Of a stretch of 24,000 nt of DNA, positions 1 through 6,476 are shown piece by piece; the first letter of the stretch is position 1, and every line of letters starts with the position of its first letter. Below the pieces are notes generated by a model. It did not search any database, was not told where the DNA came from, and saw only the letters and a list, made by a program, of their open reading frames with translations. The stretch is from Spirochaetia bacterium (GTDB lineage: Bacteria; Spirochaetota; Spirochaetia; SZUA-6; Fen-1364), in contig DATKLM010000116.1 in NCBI GenBank assembly GCA_035542415.1, forward strand, positions 12,129-36,128. The letters run 5' to 3'. Both the position numbers and the translations under genes were made by a program.

Positions 1-3000
1 CGAGCAGCTCGTCCCGCTGCGTGGTGAACGTCTCCCGCACGGTACCGATGGACGCCTCGGCTTCGCTGGCAAGCCGCGAAATCTTTTCCGCCGTGGCCAC
101 CTCCGTCTCCGACAACTGCTGACGCGCCCTGCCTTCCCAGGCAACCACCTCCCCCCGGGAAGCATCCAGGAGCTCGGTGAGCTCCTTCGTTCCGGACTCC
201 AGTCCCGCGGCGAGGTCCTTGAGCCGGCCTTCGATCTCCCGGTGCATCCGGCGCGTGCCTGCATCCAGATTGTCCTTGACGGCGGCGATTTCCTTTTCCA
301 CGGAGAGGGAGGATTCGCGGCGCGTCTTCTCCACGTCGGCCCGCAGAGTCTCGGCCATGGTCTCCACGGCGTGCTCGGAGGAGGCCAGCCGGATCTTCAG
401 ATCTCCTTCGAAAGCCCCGACCTTCTCTTCCAGGTCCGCCTGCCACGCCGTGAACTTCTCCACCATGGCCGTGGATCGCTGCCGCAGGTCCGCGAAGAAC
501 TCGTCTTCAAAGACCGTCAGCCTCTTCTCCACGTCCTGGTACGCCCGTGTCTTCAGATCCTCTAGGCCGGACTGCACTTCAGAGAGCCCGGCGTGCAGCT
601 GCTCCCGGGCATTCGCCGCGGCAGCCACTTCCGCCTGCCAGCCGCTGACGAGGTTCGCGGCGATTCCCTTCATCTCCGACCGGGCACCGGCGGCCATCTT
701 CTCCATGCTTTCCGACAGGGACGCGCGCAGCGCGTCAACGTCATGGGAGGATTCCTCCAGGCCCTTGATCCGGTAGTCCACGTCTCCCTGGTAGTCCGCA
801 AGGCGAAGCTCGATGGTTTCCACGCTCTTCGCGAAAGCGGCCTCGTTGGCCCGGATGCGGGCCGCGAGCCGGGAGAACACCTCGTCTTCCAGCGTTTCAC
901 CGCGCTGCGCCGCCCGGGTCAGCTTCTCCTTGAGGTCCGCTTCGAAAGCCTCCCCGCCCTTCGCGGCCCGGGCGAGCTTTCCGTTCAGCTCGGCGTCGAA
1001 TGCCTCGCCGAGCTGGCCGGCCTGCGCGAGCTTTTCGTTCAGCTCCGATTCCAGGGTCTTGCCGCGCTCGGCGGCCCGGGAAAGCCTCTCATTCAGATCC
1101 GCTTCGAACGCCTCCCCGCGCTCGGATGCCCGGGAGAGCCTCTCCTCAAGATCCTCTTCGAAGGCGTTGGCGCGCTCGGACGCCTTGGACAGCCTTCCGT
1201 TCAGGTCCGCCTCGAGCGCCTCGCCGCTGCCCGACACCCGGGAGATCCTCGCGTTCAGGTCTGCTTCGAGAGCGTTGGCCCGCTCCGCGGCTTTGGAAAT
1301 CCGCGCGTTGAGATCCGCTTCCAGTGCATCCCCGCTGCCGGCTGAACGTGAGATCCTGGCCTTCAGGTCGGCGTCCAGCTCCTCCACGCGGCCCGCAGCC
1401 TGGGACAGCTTTCCGTCCAGGTCCGCCTCGAAGCCATGTGCGCGCTGCACCGCCCCCAACAACTTCTCATTCAGGTCCGCTTCAAAGCCCTTGGCGCGCT
1501 CGGCTGCCTGCGAATACTTCCCGTTGAGATCTGCTTCGAAGCTCACGGCCCGTTCCGCGGCCTTGGCGAGCTTCCCGTTCAGGTCCGCTTCAAAGCCGGA
1601 TGCCTTCTCCACGGCCTTTGCAAGCTTTCCGTTGAGATACGCTTCATATCCCTTCGCCCGCTCGATGGCCTGGGCGAGCTTGCTGCCAAGATCAGCCTCG
1701 AATGCCTTGCTCCGTTCGGACGCTTTGGCCGTCGCGCCCTCGAGCTCGGCGTCGATGCCCTGTGCCCGCTCGGCGGCCTTGGACAGTCGTCCGTTGAGCT
1801 CCGACTCCAGCGCGCCGGCGCGCTCCATGGCCCTGGAAATCCTGCCGTTCAAGTCAGCTTCGAAACCGGACGTCTTCTCTACCGCTTTCCCTATCTTTCC
1901 GTTCAGGTCTGCCTCGAGGGCCTTTCCCCGCTCGGCTGCCTGCGCCAGCTTTCCATTCAGGTCCGCTTCGAAACCCGACGCCTTCTCCACCGTTTTGGCG
2001 AGCTTTCCGTTCAGGTCGGCTTCGAATCCCTTGCCGCGCTCGACCGCTCGCAGAAGCTTGGCGCCGAGATCCGCCTCGAACGCCTTCCCGCGCTCCGCGG
2101 CGCGCGCCAGCTTGCCGTCCAGCTCCGTTTCGAAGGCTTCGCCAAGCTGTCCCGCCTGGGTGAGTTTCTCCCTCAGCGCGGCCTCGATGGCTTCTCCATT
2201 CTCGGCGGCGCGGGAAAGCCTCTCATTGAGGTCCGTCTCAAAGGCGTCCGCCCGCTGAGCTGCCTGCTGGAACCTGTCGTCCAGGTCCGCATCGAGCTCT
2301 TTGCGCCGCTCCGCGGCGGCGTTGAGGCTGGAGACAAGCTCCGCCTCGAAAGCCTTGCCGCGCTCCGCCGCTGCGGCGAGCTTCACCGCAAGGTCCGCCT
2401 CGAACGTCTTCCCGTGCTCGGCGGCCTGGGACAGTCTCCGGGAGAGCTCCTCCTCCACCGCCTTGACGCGCTCGCCGGCCTTGGAGACCTTTCCGTTGAG
2501 ATTCGCTTCCAGGGCTTCGAGTGACTTCGACAGATAGGCGGCACGCTCCTTCTCCGCCTGCTCTTCACGGGCCTCCAGGCGCGCGATGTAGGCGGAGAAG
2601 TCCTTGAGCTTCTTCTCCGACGCGGCAACGCTCGCTGCGAGCGCACCCATCTTCGCCTCGACGGCGCCGACGAGTTCCTTCCGCACGCCCTCCATGGCCT
2701 GGCGGGCCCGCGCTGTCAGGCCGGCCTCCACCTCGGGGGCGCGCTTCTCAGCCTTTTCCAGGCGGGCCATCGTTTCACCGATCTTCCGCCCCACGGCGTC
2801 GGCCAAGTCGGACTCCTCTCGGAGCCTCCGAAGCGCCTGGTCCACGCGGCCGGACTGCGAGGCGAGCAGCGAAAGGCCGCGCTCGGAGTCCGCGATCCTC
2901 TTCTGAATCGCTTCCACCTCGGCTGACCTCTCGAGGAGAGCCCCCTCTGTCTGGCGCATGCGGGCTGCCATCTCCCGCCCGACCTTGAGGCTTTCCTGCA

Positions 3001-3190
3001 GTTCCTGCGCGAGGCTGCGAAGCTCGCCGGTGCGCTGTTCGACGAAGTTGGCGATGTTCTCGCTGATCTTGTCGCTGAATCTCTTCAGCTTTTCCAGTGA
3101 TCTGTTGTTTCTGTCGAGTGCTCGGAAGATGGCCAGGATTAGAAGGACAGCAACAAACGTGATCAAATTACCGATAGAGAAAATCGGCAT
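1..3190 (-). CDS. Membrane-anchored, repeat-rich alpha-helical (coiled-coil-like) protein; 3'-partial, at least 1063 aa, runs off window start
   Basis: Not in the supplied ORF track because there is no stop inside the window. Own minus-strand translation: ATG at 3190-3188 with GGGAGGGGGG 4 nt upstream, giving MPIFSIGNLITFVAVLLILAIFRALDRNNRSLEKLKRF... The frame stays open to position 2. I checked the start region, the whole 839-2512 repeat block, and 1-181 (...TELLDASRGEVVAWEGRARQQLSETEVATAEKISRLASEAEASIGTVRETFTTQRDELL). Composition is A/E/L/K/R-rich like a real protein, whereas the plus-strand ORFs over the same DNA are S/A/R-rich shadows. Confidence 0.85.
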   Translation of the reverse strand, partial: MPIFSIGNLITFVAVLLILAIFRALDRNNRSLEKLKRFSDKISENIANFVEQRTGELRSLAQELQESLKVGREMAARMRQTEGALLERSAEVEAIQKRIADSERGLSLLASQSGRVDQALRRLREESDLADAVGRKIGETMARLEKAEKRAPEVEAGLTARARQAMEGVRKELVGAVEAKMGALAASVAASEKKLKDFSAYIARLEAREEQAEKERAAYLSKSLEALEANLNGKVSKAGERVKAVEEELSRRLSQAAEHGKTFEADLAVKLAAAAERGKAFEAELVSSLNAAAERRKELDADLDDRFQQAAQRADAFETDLNERLSRAAENGEAIEAALREKLTQAGQLGEAFETELDGKLARAAERGKAFEADLGAKLLRAVERGKGFEADLNGKLAKTVEKASGFEADLNGKLAQAAERGKALEADLNGKIGKAVEKTSGFEADLNGRISRAMERAGALESELNGRLSKAAERAQGIDAELEGATAKASERSKAFEADLGSKLAQAIERAKGYEAYLNGKLAKAVEKASGFEADLNGKLAKAAERAVSFEADLNGKYSQAAERAKGFEADLNEKLLGAVQRAHGFEADLDGKLSQAAGRVEELDADLKARISRSAGSGDALEADLNARISKAAERANALEADLNARISRVSGSGEALEADLNGRLSKASERANAFEEDLEERLSRASERGEAFEADLNERLSRAAERGKTLESELNEKLAQAGQLGEAFDAELNGKLARAAKGGEAFEADLKEKLTRAAQRGETLEDEVFSRLAARIRANEAAFAKSVETIELRLADYQGDVDYRIKGLEESSHDVDALRASLSESMEKMAAGARSEMKGIAANLVSGWQAEVAAAANAREQLHAGLSEVQSGLEDLKTRAYQDVEKRLTVFEDEFFADLRQRSTAMVEKFTAWQADLEEKVGAFEGDLKIRLASSEHAVETMAETLRADVEKTRRESSLSVEKEIAAVKDNLDAGTRRMHREIEGRLKDLAAGLESGTKELTELLDASRGEVVAWEGRARQQLSETEVATAEKISRLASEAEASIGTVRETFTTQRDELL
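839..2512 (-). repeat. 31 tandem in-frame 54-bp repeats encoding 18-residue units, consensus about FEADLNGKLAKAAERGKA
   Basis: 1674 bp = 31 x 54 exactly. Units read off the minus strand include LEANLNGKVSKAGERVKA / VEEELSRRLSQAAEHGKT / FEADLAVKLAAAAERGKA / ... / FEADLKEKLTRAAQRGET / LEDEVFSRLAARIRANEA. Leu is at unit position 5 in 30 of 31 units. No insertion or deletion breaks the register. The DNA motif ttcaggtccgcttcgaa recurs at 54/108-bp spacing. Confidence 0.9.
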
Positions 3191-3217
3191 TTGTCCCCCC
3201 TCCCAGGAGTTTCCTAG

Positions 3218-3246
3218 ATAATAGACCTATCCCGGAGCGCTGTCAA
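3218..3246 (-). promoter_or_regulatory. Sigma70-type promoter for the repeat-protein gene: TTGACA, 17 nt, TATTAT
   Basis: Minus strand reads cgTTGACAgcgctccgggataggtcTATTATctaggaaactcctGGGAGGggggacaaATG. The -35 is at 3246-3241 and contains the TGA stop of the upstream gene. The -10 is at 3223-3218. The spacer is exactly 17 nt. The predicted 5'UTR is about 20 nt and carries the SD. Confidence 0.6.
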
Positions 3247-4649
3247 CGAGGTTCTGGGAGGAAAAAAGTGCCGTTCGAATCGACGCGGACGAGATTCACG
3301 TATTCATCGGGATAGCGAGAGGCGAGAGAGGCAGCGCTCGTCTCCTTGTTTCTTTCCATGACGACGAGACGGAAGTCCCCGTTCGCGTCGAACCACGGAA
3401 AGAGAACGACCACGTGATGGTGCCGGCGCAGGAGAGGACTCGAGCCGGCGGGAGCACCTTTCGCGCGGGCGTTCACGGAGCCCAGGTAGAAGGTCCCCGC
3501 CTGCTGGCGGGCTTCGAAGTACAGGAGGGCGCGCAGAGAGCCCACGGGATAGCCGACGTCACGCAGCCAGGGAATGCGGTCGGAGTCGCGGACGTCCAGC
3601 GCATCCGGCCCGGGCATGACTCCCGAACGCTCGCGCTGCAGAGCGCGGCCGAGCCCGCGGGACCAGTCCAGCCCGAAGTACGGGTCCTGCTCCTCCTCGT
3701 AGCGCGCGCTCCACGCCGTTCCCCTCTGGTCGGAGTCCCGGGATCTGAGCTCGGATATGTCGGTGAGGCTTCCGGTGAGCGGCGCGTAGAAGCCGTCGAT
3801 GATCCACTTGGCGAAGCCGGAGCAGTTGAATCCGCCCCGGCCGGCCGGCGCCCGTTCGCCGGTGGCGATGAACACGAGCCTGCCGGCAGCGTCCATCGCG
3901 CCATCGTCCATGTCGCGCAGTTGATGAAGCCGGGAGCGCACCGCGTCCACGATGGCGGCAATCCGCGCGTCGCCGGGTCCCTGCTCGGGAGAAAGGACGA
4001 GGCGCCAGTCCACCGAGGTGCGGCTCAGGTCGACGATCCGGGAGAAGGGCGCGGTCAAAAGCGTCTCGAAACGGGCAGGAAGGAGAACGTGCGTCTGGAA
4101 CTCCAGGCCGTACAGGACGACGTCCATGACGGTGCGGTCGGCCTGGGGGAAGATCCGCAGAAAGCAGCCGGGATCGTTCTGCACGAAGACTTTCGCCTGG
4201 ATGAAGCTTCCGTCGGCAAGGCTCCGCTTGATGATGAAGGTGCCGGCGTTGTCCAGGCGGAACCCCCGCGCGGAACGGTTGGAGAACACGAGGAACGCGG
4301 CCCCTTCCTGGAGATCCGCGCGGAAGGAGACCTCCGCCGTGGATTCCGTCTGGCGGATGACCCGCGGCGGCATGGCGGCAGCGTCCCGGACGGGAGCAAA
4401 GATCGTGTCCCGCATCAGGGAGCGCGCTTCCCAGTTCTCCGGAAGGGAACCCAGGGCAGCGCCATCCCCGAGCGGCGTTCGGGCGGACAGGGAAGGGGCT
4501 CCAACAAGAGCGAGCAGAGAAGAAAGCAGCAGCGCGGCGGGGCCTAGACAGGGACGTCGAGGGCGAGCCTTGCCAGGGACGGCGTACCCGCCGAACGGGT
4601 ACTCCCGTACGGCCGAAAGCGAGCCCCTAGACAAGGAGAGTGTCTTCAT
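3243..4649 (-). CDS. Secreted or periplasmic protein of unknown function (468 aa) with a possible NlpC/P60-like Cys...His motif pair
   Basis: Track ORF 3243-4919, trimmed to ATG 4649 (MKTLSLS...) because the upstream 270 nt lie inside the preceding gene in another frame. Signal-peptide-like segment: RRPCLGPAALLLSSLLALVGAPSLSA|RTP. GGFNCSGFAKWIIDGF (Cys276, TGC at 3824-3822) resembles the G-x-DCSGF nucleophile motif. RRHHHVVVLFPWFDANGD (His410-412) resembles the His strand. Confidence 0.7.
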   Translation of the reverse strand: MKTLSLSRGSLSAVREYPFGGYAVPGKARPRRPCLGPAALLLSSLLALVGAPSLSARTPLGDGAALGSLPENWEARSLMRDTIFAPVRDAAAMPPRVIRQTESTAEVSFRADLQEGAAFLVFSNRSARGFRLDNAGTFIIKRSLADGSFIQAKVFVQNDPGCFLRIFPQADRTVMDVVLYGLEFQTHVLLPARFETLLTAPFSRIVDLSRTSVDWRLVLSPEQGPGDARIAAIVDAVRSRLHQLRDMDDGAMDAAGRLVFIATGERAPAGRGGFNCSGFAKWIIDGFYAPLTGSLTDISELRSRDSDQRGTAWSARYEEEQDPYFGLDWSRGLGRALQRERSGVMPGPDALDVRDSDRIPWLRDVGYPVGSLRALLYFEARQQAGTFYLGSVNARAKGAPAGSSPLLRRHHHVVVLFPWFDANGDFRLVVMERNKETSAASLASRYPDEYVNLVRVDSNGTFFLPEPR

Positions 4650-6447
4650 CAATGCGGTCCCTGAGGCCTCCCCGTTTCGCGGCCAGGATTTCACGGTCCG
4701 CGGCGAACAGGGCGCTGATCTCGATGGCGTGAATGGACCTTCCGTCCTGATCCCGGGGAACCGTGACTCCGCAGGAGGAAAGCCACCGGGCCGCCTTTTC
4801 GACCTGGCCGCGGATGCACGTCTCCACGGAATCGAGGCCTTCGCGGTTCTTGAGCGGCGCGAACTCTTCCGCCCGGTCGGTTTCGAAAAAGAGAGCCTTC
4901 CGGGCAAGCGGGATGGCATCGAAAATGAACTTCTCCATCTTCACGGCTTCTTCTTCTACAGTGTCGGCGCCCGCGGATGCCGGTCTGAGCGCCTTCACCT
5001 TCTTGCGCGCGATATGGTAGGGAAGAGCGAGGCCGGGCCGTGAAAGGAAGGCGGCGTTCAGCGCATGAATGGCGATGGACGCCTGGGAATAGAGGAGCCT
5101 GCCGTCCTCTCCGCAGGCGCGCATGAGCCGTTCGTCGAGGTCGGAGTATTCGATGACCGCGGGCCTCCCGGCACGGGTCACGATGACTCCCAGCTTCTCC
5201 TCCGGATACGCCTTTGCAACGACCTTGGAAGAGATCTCGGAGCCTTCCCTGCGGTGGAAACCCAGGAACACGGGGTCCGGCACGCGGACGAGGGGATTGT
5301 CCACCTGGAAATACGACAGCTCCTCGATCCCCCGCTCGTGGATATCCGCCAGAGCGCCGGACTGCACCAGGGCGTCGATGATTCCGCCATGGCCGTCCGG
5401 ATTCAGGAGAAGCCCGCCGTCCGGTCCCATCACAAGGCCGCCGTCCGTCGAGAGAGAAGGAAGCGTCCCCTGGGAAAAGAAGATCACCGTGTCGCTCCCC
5501 AGCCCGAACCAGCGCTCGCCGCGGAAGTACTCCTCCGTGGCGGAACGGTTCAGCAGGCTGGTCATGATGAGCCAGGGAATCTGCGCGCCGTACCACCGCC
5601 GGGCGGCGAGAATCTTTTCCGCGTGGAGGGCGAAGAGGCTGAGCCGGCGGATCGGGCTGATGGGGTACATCCCCTTCGGTCCGTCGAATCCCAGCCGGGA
5701 TCCCTGGCCTCCCGCCACGGTGAGAACGGCCGTGCGGCCGCGACGGATCAGCTCTTCTCCGATGTCGCGCGCCTCGCGGTCCGCGGCGCTTGCGGACAGC
5801 GGCACGTAGGGCGCAGGCTCGGGGACATCCGGCTCGCGGGTCTCCCCCTCGGGCGCATCGCCAAGCCGGGCACGAAGCTGCTTGAGCCTCTCCACGTCGA
5901 GCGACGCGAGATCCTCCAGGAGCCTGCGCTTCATGGCCTTCGGACGGGAGTCCCAGTACAAGAACAGATGCTCGTGACCCAGAGCTGAGAACTTGTCCCG
6001 GATCTCTTTTTCCATCATGAGGTCTCCCAGCAATGCCTCCGCCTGCGTATCTGGCGTCTGACCGTCCGCCGCCTGTCCGTCTTCGGTGCGCCCTTCTTCC
6101 GTGCGCTCTTCGTCCGCGTGGCCGCCCAGCGGGCGCCGCATACGGCGAACCGTCATGAGGGCGTCGATGAGATCGGAGCGCACCTGGGCGAACCGGGCGC
6201 GCAGGTCCGGCTCCCCCGCTCCCAACTCCTCCCACATGCGCCGCTTCGCCCCTTCTATCGTGAACTTCCGCTCGTAGAGCAGGTGACGGAACCTCATGAG
6301 CAGCCTGATCTCGCTCGCCGTGTATTCTCGCCTGCCGGAGAGACCCTTGCGGGGCGAGAGCAGCGGAAGCTCGCTCTCCCAGTACCGGATGATGTACGGC
6401 TTGACCCCGAGGAAACGCGCCACTTCCCCGATGCTCCACGATCTCAT
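4627..6447 (-). CDS. MerR-type HTH domain fused to a eukaryote-type UDP-N-acetylhexosamine / UDP-sugar pyrophosphorylase (UDPGP/UAP family), 606 aa
   Basis: ATG at 6447. N-terminus WSIGEVARFLGVKPYIIRYWESELPLLSPRKGLSGRREYTASEIRLLMRFRHLLYERKFTIEGAKRRM is a MerR HTH plus wing. An acidic low-complexity linker follows. UAP/UDPGP signatures: GHEHLFLYWD, LTVAGGQGSRLGFDGPKGMYPI, NPDGHGG, YFQVDNPL, MEKFIFDA. Confidence 0.85.
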   Translation of the reverse strand: MRSWSIGEVARFLGVKPYIIRYWESELPLLSPRKGLSGRREYTASEIRLLMRFRHLLYERKFTIEGAKRRMWEELGAGEPDLRARFAQVRSDLIDALMTVRRMRRPLGGHADEERTEEGRTEDGQAADGQTPDTQAEALLGDLMMEKEIRDKFSALGHEHLFLYWDSRPKAMKRRLLEDLASLDVERLKQLRARLGDAPEGETREPDVPEPAPYVPLSASAADREARDIGEELIRRGRTAVLTVAGGQGSRLGFDGPKGMYPISPIRRLSLFALHAEKILAARRWYGAQIPWLIMTSLLNRSATEEYFRGERWFGLGSDTVIFFSQGTLPSLSTDGGLVMGPDGGLLLNPDGHGGIIDALVQSGALADIHERGIEELSYFQVDNPLVRVPDPVFLGFHRREGSEISSKVVAKAYPEEKLGVIVTRAGRPAVIEYSDLDERLMRACGEDGRLLYSQASIAIHALNAAFLSRPGLALPYHIARKKVKALRPASAGADTVEEEAVKMEKFIFDAIPLARKALFFETDRAEEFAPLKNREGLDSVETCIRGQVEKAARWLSSCGVTVPRDQDGRSIHAIEISALFAADREILAAKRGGLRDRIDEDTLLV

Positions 6448-6476
6448 GTCTCGCGCTTCCTCATGTCTCGCGCTTT
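6443..6476. repeat. 17-bp tandem duplication (16/17 identical) at the der stop / MerR-UAP start junction
   Basis: Plus strand: ctcatgtctcgcgcttc (6443-6459) followed immediately by ctcatgtctcgcgcttt (6460-6476). Each copy carries an ATGA on the minus strand. Confidence 0.9.

Noticed and set aside
839-2512. The regular 54-bp periodic repeat could at first glance suggest a CRISPR-like or satellite array
   Set aside because: There are no unique spacers between conserved repeats. The whole block is one continuous in-frame coding sequence with amino-acid-level rather than nucleotide-level conservation.
177-3221. Plus-strand ORFs 177-776, 593-1345, 813-2258 (481 aa), 1436-2524 (362 aa), 2604-2906, 2958-3221
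   Set aside because: Their translations are monotonous S/A/R/P/F or L/R/G-rich strings with the same 18-codon periodicity. They are antisense or alternate-frame shadows of the minus-strand repeat gene, kept open by GC-rich codons lacking stops. None has a convincing SD or start context, whereas the minus-strand frame has a verified ATG, a strong SD and a promoter.
4650-4919. N-terminal 90 codons of track ORF 3243-4919 (MPSRLPGRLSFSKPTGRKSS...)
   Set aside because: This part lies entirely inside the 3' end of the UAP-family gene in another frame and is R/S/P-rich. The first sensible start is ATG 4649, directly before a signal-peptide-like segment.
3414-5043. Plus-strand ORFs 3414-4547 (377 aa) and 3952-5043 (363 aa)
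   Set aside because: They are antisense to the secreted-protein and UAP genes, with biased low-information composition and no recognisable motifs or start context.
4691-6439. 582-aa same-strand alternate-frame ORF inside the MerR-UAP gene
   Set aside because: Extremely Arg/Gly/Pro/Ala-rich with no motifs. This is a typical open off-frame in high-GC DNA. The 4627-6447 frame carries clear MerR and UDPGP signatures.
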